Below, piece by piece: positions 1 to 9,091 of a stretch of DNA of 40,279 nucleotides. The notes under the pieces were generated by a model. The model ran no database searches. It saw nothing but the letters and a program-made list of their open reading frames with translations, and was not told the DNA's origin. This stretch comes from a virus. Lineage: Duplodnaviria; Caudoviricetes. Both the position numbers and the translations under genes were made by a program. The DNA lies in IMG/VR virus record IMGVR_UViG_3300027863_000008, positions 1-40,279 of that record. One strand, given 5' to 3'. Within the stretch, counting starts at the first letter, position 1. Each line of letters opens with the position of its first letter.

Positions 1-127
1 CAATAAAGTCCCATATACATACCTGTTAAATCGTTCACCCGTAAACCCCTTTTTTCTTGCTTCAGCTTTTAACTTTCTTTCTAACGCCTTTGGCATGTCT
101 AATCACACCTCCTTATTGACGACGAAA
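1..127. repeat. Direct terminal repeat, copy 1 (circular-assembly overlap)
   Basis: 1-127 is identical to 40153-40279. The length matches a common assembler k-mer (127), and ORFs read through the junction. Confidence 0.95.
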
Positions 128-295
128 CCTCGTAGAAATCTTTTTCAGCCTACGAAATACATTATGCGTCCCCTTTACGCCTATATAATCTAATACATAC
201 CCAGAACCACCTGCACTATATATTATATAATGCAAGAAACTAAAATCTATTAGACTATATAAACTACTTAAAAGCGCAGATAAAATCTTTATCAT
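113..295 (-). CDS. Small hypothetical protein (hydrophobic N-half, basic C-half)
   Basis: 60-aa ORF with an ATGA overlap onto the upstream pyruvyltransferase stop. It fills the gap in the late operon. Confidence 0.6.
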   Translation of the reverse strand: MIKILSALLSSLYSLIDFSFLHYIIYSAGGSGYVLDYIGVKGTHNVFRRLKKISTRFRRQ

Positions 296-1215
296 CTTTT
301 ATACTCTTCTAACTTGTGCAAAAAGTTTACAAAATGTGTCTTTATTAATTGCTTCCTATATTCTATATCATTATTAATTTCATTATATACTTCATTAAAT
401 ACAGAAATCTTATGTAAAAACTTACAAAAATCATCATTTATCTTTATATAATGATCATACATTTCACCATAATAATATTTCATACCAAAAACATGCTTTA
501 TATTACTTTGAATAATAAAACACGGCTTATTATAAGCAAAAGCTAATACAATACCATGAAACCTATTCGTTATAATATAATCTACCATACTATAATCACT
601 TAACTTAAAATCACTTGACTCGTGATTTATAAACAATAATTCTTTATCTATATACCCATTATATATACTCTTTATTGCATCATACCAATCAGGCTCATAT
701 AAAGATACACCTACTAAATTAAATACTTTTGAATTACCATGCTCATATCCAACAAACGATAAAACATCAGGACATATACTTATATCACTTTTATTTACAC
801 CATATTTATTTACCGCTTCAACACAATCATAAGAAGTCCTTAACCCTATCAAAGAACAATGCCGAAACAATTCTGAAATCTCATTATGCCTATGAGCATT
901 CACAGTATCATAAAAATCAAAATTAAAACCAGTTGTCATCATTATAATAGGACAACTAAAATAATTATATAATAACCCATTAAATACTGGAAACATATTG
1001 ACATTCTGTAATATACCGCCATTACCAACTATTATCAAATCAGTATCACAACAAAACTTCTCAACATCTTCCCTACTACTAAAATGTGCATTCTCATAAT
1101 TAACTAATTCAGAATTGCAATTTAAGAAAGTGTCAACATATCCCTTTAATAATTTTGCTGATAACCTATCACCAATATTAGCAAACTCGCATGCTGATAC
1201 TATCTTTACATTCAT
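292..1215 (-). CDS. Polysaccharide pyruvyl transferase family protein
   Basis: Motifs NIGD, DLIIVGNGGIL, IGLRT, CPDV and IITNRFHGIVLAFAYNKP are characteristic of the PS_pyruv_trans family. Likely start is MNVKIV at 1215 (ATGA overlap, GGGGAG SD). Confidence 0.85.
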   Translation of the reverse strand: MNVKIVSACEFANIGDRLSAKLLKGYVDTFLNCNSELVNYENAHFSSREDVEKFCCDTDLIIVGNGGILQNVNMFPVFNGLLYNYFSCPIIMMTTGFNFDFYDTVNAHRHNEISELFRHCSLIGLRTSYDCVEAVNKYGVNKSDISICPDVLSFVGYEHGNSKVFNLVGVSLYEPDWYDAIKSIYNGYIDKELLFINHESSDFKLSDYSMVDYIITNRFHGIVLAFAYNKPCFIIQSNIKHVFGMKYYYGEMYDHYIKINDDFCKFLHKISVFNEVYNEINNDIEYRKQLIKTHFVNFLHKLEEYKR

Positions 1216-2192
1216 ATCTCTCCCCCAAATACAAACCAATCAATAATCTCATTAATAATCTCATCTGATAACTTCCCATCTTTTATAACAAACCATTTAC
1301 AAAAATCTTGATTAAGTCCCCAACAAGTAGGATTATTATTAGCTTTAATAATATCACTCCAATATTCATTACCATCAGTAAGCTCAGGCAAAAAACATAT
1401 AGATCGTTTCCGTGCAAAACTTGCTGGTAAAAACATACAACTATGCGTCCCAATAAATCCTTTACTAAACAATACCAAATTCACCGCAAATCGCACAGTA
1501 GCCCTATTAACTAAATTCACTACATACTCATCATCATCACGATCATATATCTCTAACTTTAATGACTTGTTATTAACCATATTACGCTTGTAACTTCCAC
1601 CAACAATAACTACATTATATCCAAACTTAACTAACTCATCTATAAGTTTGTCATACTGATCTTGATCCAATACTTCCCTATTCTTAGCACCCGCAAATGG
1701 ATGCAATACAATATAATTAGAAGCAGTAATAAAATCAATAAACCGCTTTTCCTGCTCCTCACTATAATTCATATATACTTTTGGATATGAAGGAATATAC
1801 TCTAAATAAGAATTATTATCAAAATTATCATCATTCAATAAATGTATATTTTTATACCCATCATACTCTCTCATATACCATTCAGGATCATCATTACTAT
1901 ATTCAATTAAATCCACACGCTCAATACAAGGATGATATTCAAAAAACTCTTTTACTGCGAAGTTATGACATTTTGCTTTAACTATAATACTTGCGTCTCT
2001 ATGGTATCGCTTAAAGTCCTCTAATCTCCTAAACCATATACTTGCAACATTATCCGACGCTGGAAACTCATTAGGACATTCCTTCATCATTTGTAACCAG
2101 TGATACTGAGGATTAGCAAAATAATTCTGTATAACATCACCTAATCCACCACCACAATGAATATATACTTTTATTCCTTTATCGCTAAACAT
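1212..2192 (-). CDS. Glycosyltransferase family 9-like (heptosyltransferase-type GT-B)
   Basis: GGLGDVI, YIVLHPFAG, VVIVGG, VVNLV and GFIGTHSC match the GT9 pattern (GxGD...vlhP...fig.DSg). Confidence 0.75.
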   Translation of the reverse strand: MFSDKGIKVYIHCGGGLGDVIQNYFANPQYHWLQMMKECPNEFPASDNVASIWFRRLEDFKRYHRDASIIVKAKCHNFAVKEFFEYHPCIERVDLIEYSNDDPEWYMREYDGYKNIHLLNDDNFDNNSYLEYIPSYPKVYMNYSEEQEKRFIDFITASNYIVLHPFAGAKNREVLDQDQYDKLIDELVKFGYNVVIVGGSYKRNMVNNKSLKLEIYDRDDDEYVVNLVNRATVRFAVNLVLFSKGFIGTHSCMFLPASFARKRSICFLPELTDGNEYWSDIIKANNNPTCWGLNQDFCKWFVIKDGKLSDEIINEIIDWFVFGGEI

Positions 2193-2689
2193 AATAAATT
2201 ACTCCCCCCATCCGACCCAATACTTTGTATCTTAAATCCTATCTTTTCAAGTAAAGCCCTTAATGTATATTGATCAAATGCCCATTTATGATTATCATAT
2301 ACATTATCCGAACAAGAATATGCAAATAATAACTTAGCTACTTCTTCACCATCTAACCAATGCTGTAAAGAAGTAGGATTTTCAAGCACTCTACAATATC
2401 GCTTACATATAACCTCTAAATCAGGAACTTGAATAAATAACTTACCCCCATGCTTTAACTTATCATAACACTGCTGTAATACAAATTCCTGCCTATCACG
2501 ATATATATACTCTAAAACATCTTGCAAAACTATCTCTTCTACCCAACCATTTTCAAAAGGCAACTCTTCCTCAGATATGTCTAATACTAAATCAGCACCA
2601 TTCTTACGAATAGCATCTATATTAATATAACCATCTAATATCTTACCACCACAACCCAAATTTAATTTTATACTTTCTGTGCTAAACAT
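2171..2689 (-). CDS. Class I SAM-dependent methyltransferase (glycan-locus type)
   Basis: Motifs KLNLGCGG..GYINID, LPFE, DVLEY, LKHGGKLFIQVPD and LLEKIGF. Confidence 0.9.
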   Translation of the reverse strand: MFSTESIKLNLGCGGKILDGYINIDAIRKNGADLVLDISEEELPFENGWVEEIVLQDVLEYIYRDRQEFVLQQCYDKLKHGGKLFIQVPDLEVICKRYCRVLENPTSLQHWLDGEEVAKLLFAYSCSDNVYDNHKWAFDQYTLRALLEKIGFKIQSIGSDGGSNLLCLAIKE

Positions 2690-3327
2690 AATAAAGTCTC
2701 CCCTATACTAATAGCTTTAACAACAAATCCTGCCTTCTCCAAAGTGCTAATTAATAGCTCTTTATTATACATACATAAATGAAAATCCCCATCCACACAA
2801 CCATCTATAAACTTCGTAGTAGAACAACCAGAATATAACTTAAAGTTTAACCATTTAACTAATACACAAGGATCATCTGTCTTCAAGTCTGGATGCTCCG
2901 ATATGTCAGCTTTACCAGTCAAATATAAATCAATAATATAGTCTATATTAGGCGTTTCTATAAATATGTATCCATAATTATTAAGCAAAGAATTAAACCA
3001 CTTAAACATTAAATCTTGATATATCCATTCTATATGTTCTATTAAATGTTGTAATTTAATATAATCATAAGTCTTACCGTCAAACTTATGATATTTACCT
3101 AATATACCACCTTGCTTAAAAGCAGGTTTATGTTGAATATATACAGGAGCAAACATTTGCCTAATGTCAAAATTCCATGTCGCTTTACCATGCTTATCTA
3201 TCGTAACAAAATCATCTCTTAACTTTCCCGCCCCTATCTCTAACTTATTTTCCCTGCTAAACTTACTTTCCGTATCCTTTAATAACTTAAAAAATGTTTC
3301 AACACTTAATTCAATAATATCACTCAT
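2668..3327 (-). CDS. Class I SAM-dependent methyltransferase, paralog of 2171-2689
   Basis: Motifs KLEIGAG, VTID, HLIEHI, GYIFIETPN and LEKAGF. Shares the C-terminal LLCLA with its neighbour. Confidence 0.85.
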   Translation of the reverse strand: MSDIIELSVETFFKLLKDTESKFSRENKLEIGAGKLRDDFVTIDKHGKATWNFDIRQMFAPVYIQHKPAFKQGGILGKYHKFDGKTYDYIKLQHLIEHIEWIYQDLMFKWFNSLLNNYGYIFIETPNIDYIIDLYLTGKADISEHPDLKTDDPCVLVKWLNFKLYSGCSTTKFIDGCVDGDFHLCMYNKELLISTLEKAGFVVKAISIGETLLCLAQKV

Positions 3328-4334
3328 TTTCGTCTCCCCACATAATTAATAACATTATTAAACCAAAACACATCATCAGCAACCTTTTCCATAGATATAG
3401 ACTTCATACAAAACCTAAAAATACACGGATGATACCAGCATGGCTTACGCTTACAACGATTATATCCACTATACCACATACTATTATTGTAACCACTTAA
3501 CCGCATAGCAGGATCAGTTGATCCAAATATACCATACACAGGCACGCCTAAACCACCAGCTAAATGAACACCCATGCTGTCTACACCTATAAGCAACTTA
3601 CTGGAAGCAACAAATGCCATTACATATCGTAATGGAGTTGAAATAACATTAACTATATTCTTATACCGCTTTAACCTATACTTCCAATCATGCGATAAAA
3701 GCACTAATCCATATCCAATATTATCTAACCGCTTAGCTAATTCTATTGCTAATGTATCAGCATGAAACTTTGGCAAATCTCTTGCAGGAGAATTTGACCT
3801 GACATGAAATACAAAATAATTCTCATAAGGTATAGCATGCTTTATTTGATTTATCTCGTCATCTGTTACATAAAGATTACAATCACCTTTATTATATTTC
3901 ACCCCACACGCTTCCGCAAACAATTCCTGTCTGCTCTTTTGGATATCCGGCTCATTAAAAGCCTCATAAACAGCCGACGGACATGGATGCGATAACCCCA
4001 CAAACATAGCACCAGCCCTCTCAAAATATTCCCTGCATATCTCTTTACCACTTCCATAATCAATTGCACCATCCGCATGCACCCTATCAAACTTAGAACT
4101 ATCAACTATCCAATCAATATCAGGATTATTAAAAAATACTGGAGCACAATACGGAATAGTTGCAACTATAATTTTTATGCTTTTACCTAATTCTCGCCTT
4201 AATCCCGTTATAGCACCAGTTATCATTACCGCATCGCCTATACCACCTATATCCCTATATAACACAATAGCTTCTTTGTTCTTAATATCATCAGCGACTA
4301 CATGTATATCACTGAACCCTAAATTATAACCCAT
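3324..4334 (-). CDS. Glycosyltransferase family 9 (ADP-heptose:LPS heptosyltransferase-like)
   Basis: GGIGDAVM, NNPDID, LLIGVDSMGVHLAGGLGVPVYGIFGSTDP and a C-terminal Cys cluster (C..KPCW..PC...CM..IS.EKV) are hallmark GT9 motifs. Confidence 0.92.
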   Translation of the reverse strand: MGYNLGFSDIHVVADDIKNKEAIVLYRDIGGIGDAVMITGAITGLRRELGKSIKIIVATIPYCAPVFFNNPDIDWIVDSSKFDRVHADGAIDYGSGKEICREYFERAGAMFVGLSHPCPSAVYEAFNEPDIQKSRQELFAEACGVKYNKGDCNLYVTDDEINQIKHAIPYENYFVFHVRSNSPARDLPKFHADTLAIELAKRLDNIGYGLVLLSHDWKYRLKRYKNIVNVISTPLRYVMAFVASSKLLIGVDSMGVHLAGGLGVPVYGIFGSTDPAMRLSGYNNSMWYSGYNRCKRKPCWYHPCIFRFCMKSISMEKVADDVFWFNNVINYVGRRK

Positions 4335-4353
4335 ATTTCCCCTCCACACGCTA

Positions 4354-4782
4354 TTATGTAAAGGTTATAGCACAGCGAATATTTATACTTGCATTGTATT
4401 CTTTGTATATCTCCTCTATTAAAAGCCATCTTGCACCTAACCTTCCCCCAGATATAGCGTCAAATAACCCAATCTCTCGTATCCAAACATCACCCTCAGG
4501 TTCATCTATATAAAAATCAGCCTCTACAAAATAAGTATTATCTATTACGGTTACTTCGCCTCTTTTACGATAAAGCTCATGCTCTAATTGAGTATCCTCC
4601 GTTGAAGGCTCAGTTACACCATCACCTATCGCTATAAATGGCAACCATGCATCAGCATTAGACCCAGACCCTAAATGCTGAGCACAAGACTTTACCCCAT
4701 CAGAAGTAATAACATCTATTACTTCCCAATCTTCATCGTCTATATACAAATCTAACTTAGTTTTAACACGATCATTAATCAA
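4354..4782 (-). CDS. Virion structural protein, tail-collar/fibre-base-like domain (paralog 1)
   Basis: IAIGDG.TEPS.EDTQLEHELYRK ... IREIGLFDAISGG motif, as in tail-collar fibre N-terminal domains. Confidence 0.7.
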   Translation of the reverse strand: MINDRVKTKLDLYIDDEDWEVIDVITSDGVKSCAQHLGSGSNADAWLPFIAIGDGVTEPSTEDTQLEHELYRKRGEVTVIDNTYFVEADFYIDEPEGDVWIREIGLFDAISGGRLGARWLLIEEIYKEYNASINIRCAITFT

Positions 4783-5272
4783 CTGACGCTCTCCTCATCC
4801 TATATTCCAAAGATTGAACTGGCGTTATTCCAGATACCCAAAACCCTACATTCTCAGCATCCTTTGCCCGAACTATCCTATACTGATACACATTCTCCGC
4901 AGGCACTTCATTAATCTTTAACTTAAATCTATATATCTTTTCTAATCCTTGCCTTGTAACAAATAAACTATTATCATCAGGCAAAGGCTCACCAAAACTT
5001 CGCATAACATTAGCATATTCAGATGGTCTCAAATCAAAATATCCATTGCACCCATCCCAATGATCCTGAACCATAAACGATATGTCTAATATCGCAACAA
5101 ACTTATCAGGGTCAATCTCTATAATATTAGGCTCAAACCGCTTTTCTTGCTCCTTTTGCCATGTCTCTATATCAGTCTTGTGCGCTGATAATACACGATC
5201 TAATATTATTTCCAATTCAGTATTACCTATTTTATCATCACTTATATTAGTCTTAACTTCTTTATCCGCCAT
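4775..5272 (-). CDS. Hypothetical protein (late operon)
   Basis: 165-aa ORF with a GGGAG SD, just downstream of the capsid-region terminator. Confidence 0.75.
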   Translation of the reverse strand: MADKEVKTNISDDKIGNTELEIILDRVLSAHKTDIETWQKEQEKRFEPNIIEIDPDKFVAILDISFMVQDHWDGCNGYFDLRPSEYANVMRSFGEPLPDDNSLFVTRQGLEKIYRFKLKINEVPAENVYQYRIVRAKDAENVGFWVSGITPVQSLEYRMRRASVD

Positions 5273-5286
5273 AATAACTCTCCCTA

Positions 5287-5315
5287 AAATTAATGTAGGG
5301 GCTTATCGCCCCTAC
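5287..5315 (-). terminator. Intrinsic terminator after the capsid/decoration genes
   Basis: Perfect 8-bp stem GTAGGGGC-gataa-GCCCCTAC followed by ATTAATTTT on the minus strand. The U-tract is weak, so read-through is likely. Confidence 0.7.
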
Positions 5316-5324
5316 TAAACTAAA

Positions 5325-6173
5325 TTATGCACTTGCCATAAGGGCTGGATTACTCCTCAAACAAACCAATGCTTGACGATTAACCGTGTCACTTGCTACA
5401 CCCACAAGCGCGTATGCAAGAATAAGCTCTGGGTTTGAAGAGCTTCCATTGGTCAATAATCCACTATTCGCACCAATAAGTCCTTTTCCACCAGTTATAG
5501 CCGTTCCCGCTGCAACTACACTTGCACCAACCGCATCGGCTTCTATACATACCCAACCCATATAACCATCTGGTAACCCATCAGGAGATATTACAATACC
5601 CCTGAAATTAGCCATTACTGCACCAGAAGCACCAGTAGCAACATGGGCATTATAGATTATTGTCAAGTCATCATTAGCTGCCAATGAAACTGGCAAATCA
5701 GGCTGGAAATATAAAGTATTAGCATCATTTTTCCATATCTGTGCAAAATATCCTTCTGGAGATGCACCAGCACCACCAGCGTCATCATGCACATATACTA
5801 ATCCGCCAATCTCTTTGTTAGCTGTAAAAGTTGACGCCTTAGTAGCATAATTCGTCCCACCAGAGTCAACATTAGTTATCACCTGATTAGCTCTACGAAC
5901 AACGAATTGTCCTTGTGTCAAATCACTACCACTATTATTCCATACCCACATAAAACGAGCACGACCAGCTACACGAACATTACGATATACCGTTCCACCT
6001 AAAAACCCATTCTCTTCACGAATAGCTCCCAAAGGCGGAAACTCTAATGTCTTTTTAGCCCCCGTCCTATTCCAATAATCCGTAGCTAATATTATATCCT
6101 CTAAATTATTAAACCACTGTTTCGGCTGATACGGATACGTATCAAATCCTGTTATTTGCTTATAAAACGCCAT
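5325..6173 (-). CDS. Putative capsid decoration/cement protein
   Basis: Gly/Ala/Thr-rich beta-type protein directly after the MCP and before a terminator. Start MAFYKQ at 6173 has a strong AAGGAGG SD. Confidence 0.6.
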   Translation of the reverse strand: MAFYKQITGFDTYPYQPKQWFNNLEDIILATDYWNRTGAKKTLEFPPLGAIREENGFLGGTVYRNVRVAGRARFMWVWNNSGSDLTQGQFVVRRANQVITNVDSGGTNYATKASTFTANKEIGGLVYVHDDAGGAGASPEGYFAQIWKNDANTLYFQPDLPVSLAANDDLTIIYNAHVATGASGAVMANFRGIVISPDGLPDGYMGWVCIEADAVGASVVAAGTAITGGKGLIGANSGLLTNGSSSNPELILAYALVGVASDTVNRQALVCLRSNPALMASA

Positions 6174-6229
6174 ATCCTTTTCCTCCTTTAATTGCATATA
6201 AAGGCACGACACCAACTATATGCACTCTA

Positions 6230-7342
6230 TTACGCCCAAGCTGTTATACCTTGCAATACGCCATGTTTATGAGGTAATAAATTGACCAACTGACCTCTAA
6301 ACATTAAGTATCTTACCCTTGCGAACTGATTATATGGCACTCTCTCACTTGACCAAGTAAACCAAGCAGTAGAGTCAGTTCTCAATTTGAGATATTTAAG
6401 ATTTATCGCTCTTATAACACCTGACTCAGCACCATTCTGAACAGTATCAAACAATATCGGAATGCCTCTAAACTGAGCACCACCAAAATTCCATTTCACA
6501 ATATTGTCATCCTGACTATATGCAATTGTAAAACTTGGTAAATATTGAGGTATCTCACAATACTGCTCATAAGTAACTTGATCAGTCAACAATATATAGT
6601 CAGATAATTGCTCATTCATAGCTATACTATTTATCATCGTCCCCATAAGTTTCAAAGCAGTAGAATACTTATTAGTAATACTACCAAATGATCCTACATT
6701 AGCAGGAGCTCCAGCCGAACTATCTATTGGGTGACGACCATAACTCAACGAACTATTATCCCAATACCAGTTACGCCACCAATATCTCGTTGACCTATCA
6801 AATCCAGCCATTATACCACTACGAGGATCTGTCGGGATCAAAAAAGGAATACCATTCAAATCTTTACCATCATTACCAATAGAAGACTGCCAAAACATCG
6901 TATTAAATGCCTCCCTTGCGTCCTCTATCAATGCTTGAACCCTTTGAGTAACAAGATCAATGATGGCTTCCGAACCACTATTCTCCTTTTCCTCTACCCA
7001 GTCAACAGCCCATTCACCCGCAACTTGCTTAACATTCCAATATGCAAATCCTAATAACTGCGGCTGCGACGGCGTTCTAACCTCACCTTTACCAAACGAT
7101 TTCACATTAGAGTATTTTCCATATCTAATAGGCGTTCTAATCCTCGCACCACCAGTGAACTCCTCTTTATACTTATTTGTCTCTAACATATTAAATATAG
7201 GATTACCTAAAACCACTTGATTATATATAACTGGCAACATTTGATCTAACGTAGTCGCAACACGTTCATCTGTCAACGAGTCAGTTATATCTTCATCTGC
7301 CATACCATATAATATATGTAAAACATCAAAATTGATAACCAT
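6230..7342 (-). CDS. Major capsid protein (HK97 fold)
   Basis: 370 aa. Motifs ATTL, GGARIRTPIRY, IIDLV...ED, NGIPFLI and F.GAQFRGIPILFD...RAINLKYL. Sits after a scaffold-like gene. Confidence 0.88.
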   Translation of the reverse strand: MVINFDVLHILYGMADEDITDSLTDERVATTLDQMLPVIYNQVVLGNPIFNMLETNKYKEEFTGGARIRTPIRYGKYSNVKSFGKGEVRTPSQPQLLGFAYWNVKQVAGEWAVDWVEEKENSGSEAIIDLVTQRVQALIEDAREAFNTMFWQSSIGNDGKDLNGIPFLIPTDPRSGIMAGFDRSTRYWWRNWYWDNSSLSYGRHPIDSSAGAPANVGSFGSITNKYSTALKLMGTMINSIAMNEQLSDYILLTDQVTYEQYCEIPQYLPSFTIAYSQDDNIVKWNFGGAQFRGIPILFDTVQNGAESGVIRAINLKYLKLRTDSTAWFTWSSERVPYNQFARVRYLMFRGQLVNLLPHKHGVLQGITAWA

Positions 7343-7343
7343 T

Positions 7344-8105
7344 TTATTTCGCTCCTTTCAAAAACTTCATAGCAATAGCACGCAATCCCATGCCTTGCTT
7401 GTTTATTTCCTCAGCCCGCTCACGCAAATTCTTCGCCCTCTCAACAAGTAACTTGCTTTCCTCTGAACCAGTCATAGGCGAACGCTTGCTTGATTGCTCT
7501 AATATCGGCGGTTTACTCATGCTTCTCTGCTTGTTAGCATTCAATAAAAAAGCCTCCTCCATAGTTAAAGTAGGATGACGTGCAAGCGTATTCAATACAG
7601 TATTCAATCCAATTCCCTTAACTGTAGGATACTTACTTTTGACTATATTGAACTCCTGTATCGCTTGTTTCTCGTAATTCTCCTCTAACAATGGCTGTAA
7701 AGTGCTTTGTAAATTGCCCAGCTCACCACGCACTACATTGCTAACCTCATTACGAACCGCATCAGCTACTAATTGCTTCAAATATCCAGCTGGGTCTTTT
7801 ATCGGATCAATATCAGATTGCTTCATGCTTTCCTGATGTTGAGTATCAGCACCTTCCCCAAAGTCACCTCTCGCTATAATATCAGCTATCTTTGGTATGC
7901 TCAATAAATACTCTAACTCTTCCTTAGCACGCAACAAATCCTCATAATCCGAACTATCAATCTCATCAACAACCTCATCATCAGTCTCTTCAACATCTTC
8001 CTCAGGAGTATATTCATCACTTGACTCCTGACCCTGCTCCTGATCAGAATTATCAGTGTCATCACCAATATCCGTAAATAACCAAGTCAAATCATATAAA
8101 AACAT
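7344..8105 (-). CDS. Capsid scaffolding protein
   Basis: Very acidic N-terminus, helical middle and basic C-terminus. Immediately upstream of the MCP, with SD GGGGAGG. Confidence 0.7.
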   Translation of the reverse strand: MFLYDLTWLFTDIGDDTDNSDQEQGQESSDEYTPEEDVEETDDEVVDEIDSSDYEDLLRAKEELEYLLSIPKIADIIARGDFGEGADTQHQESMKQSDIDPIKDPAGYLKQLVADAVRNEVSNVVRGELGNLQSTLQPLLEENYEKQAIQEFNIVKSKYPTVKGIGLNTVLNTLARHPTLTMEEAFLLNANKQRSMSKPPILEQSSKRSPMTGSEESKLLVERAKNLRERAEEINKQGMGLRAIAMKFLKGAK

Positions 8106-8157
8106 AATTTCCTCCCCTACTTACTAATCCCCCGCTTTATATGCAAAAACGGCGTTA

Positions 8158-8185
8158 ATAATATCACAATTATCCGTAAAATCAA
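8158..8185 (-). promoter_or_regulatory. Candidate sigma70-type promoter for scaffold/capsid genes
   Basis: TTGATT-16 nt-TATTAT with extended -10 TG, in the 93-bp intergenic gap. Confidence 0.45.
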
Positions 8186-8198
8186 TACTGCTATCATA

Positions 8199-8450
8199 TT
8201 ACCTATTATCTTTAATATCATCAATATCACCTGATATATACTCCCTTACAACATTCGTTATAAAACCTCCAAATGCCCCCAAAGATATTAATAACGACTT
8301 ATTAACATCCTGCGTCTGCGAATATGCAACTAAAAACGATCCCAAAGATGATATTATACTCAATATTAAACTTATACCAATCTTCCTCAAAGTCACAATG
8401 TCAAAACTATTCCTAACTTGCTTCACTACTGCCCCCTCCCATTTATCCAA
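8199..8450 (-). CDS. Holin-like membrane protein (2 TM)
   Basis: Two hydrophobic segments (IGISLILSIISSLGSFLVAY; LLISLGAFGGFITNVV) with a charged C-tail. Confidence 0.55.
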   Translation of the reverse strand: MDKWEGAVVKQVRNSFDIVTLRKIGISLILSIISSLGSFLVAYSQTQDVNKSLLISLGAFGGFITNVVREYISGDIDDIKDNR

Positions 8451-8692
8451 ACAATGATCGCTTTAACTATTAAAGTCAATAACGGTGGAAACATTAACAA
8501 TATTGCCGTCCCTAAAATCTTTACCTGCGTCTTCAATATTATCACATCCATACAATACTTATTCTTTATCTCCGCTAACAATTCCTTTATTTCTTGATGC
8601 TCACGCTCATTCTGACGAAAGCACTCCTCTATGTATTTCTTATCCTTTATATACCCATTGTCATTCTCACCCATAACAAAATCCTCATCCAT
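8426..8692 (-). CDS. Small membrane protein (coiled coil + C-terminal TM; holin/XhlA-like)
   Basis: N-terminal coiled coil (QNEREHQEIKELL) followed by one TM helix. Confidence 0.5.
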   Translation of the reverse strand: MDEDFVMGENDNGYIKDKKYIEECFRQNEREHQEIKELLAEIKNKYCMDVIILKTQVKILGTAILLMFPPLLTLIVKAIIVWINGRGQ

Positions 8693-9089
8693 CTATATCA
8701 ACACCATTAGTCTCTACAACCCCATCAGCATCCGCTTGAATAGCCCATCCACTATCTTTACGCTTCTCAAATATACTCCGCTTATCAGGTGGACGCTCAC
8801 CACGCCGTATAGCACGCTCCTCAGGTGTAAGTCCCCCAACTGGAACTATATCATCAGTCCGAGAATTCGTCTCCCATAATACCTGCCTCAAATGACGCCT
8901 GCTCTTTATCACTACCCCCAAAGACTCATTATAATGCTCTGGTATATCACCTATCGTAGTAACACGCATAGCACTAAAATCTTTATCCATATATTTCCCA
9001 CAATTAGGACATCGCATATTAGACGAATTAAACATATATACATCTTTAATACGTGTCCCACATTCACACACAAAATCATATATCGGCAT
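8685..9089 (-). CDS. FmdB-like zinc-ribbon protein
   Basis: MPIYDFVCECG...CPNCG..M.K.FS signature. This family is commonly found after podoviral portals. Confidence 0.8.
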   Translation of the reverse strand: MPIYDFVCECGTRIKDVYMFNSSNMRCPNCGKYMDKDFSAMRVTTIGDIPEHYNESLGVVIKSRRHLRQVLWETNSRTDDIVPVGGLTPEERAIRRGERPPDKRSIFEKRKDSGWAIQADADGVVETNGVDIDG

Positions 9090-9091
9090 AC

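Noticed and set aside
1-127. Biological terminal repeat (T7-like DTR)
   Set aside because: The length equals a usual assembler k-mer and it falls inside coding sequence. Best explained as circular overlap.
5295-5315. GTAG-type REP element
   Set aside because: Single copy with no RAYT/TnpA. Its position after the capsid genes fits a terminator.
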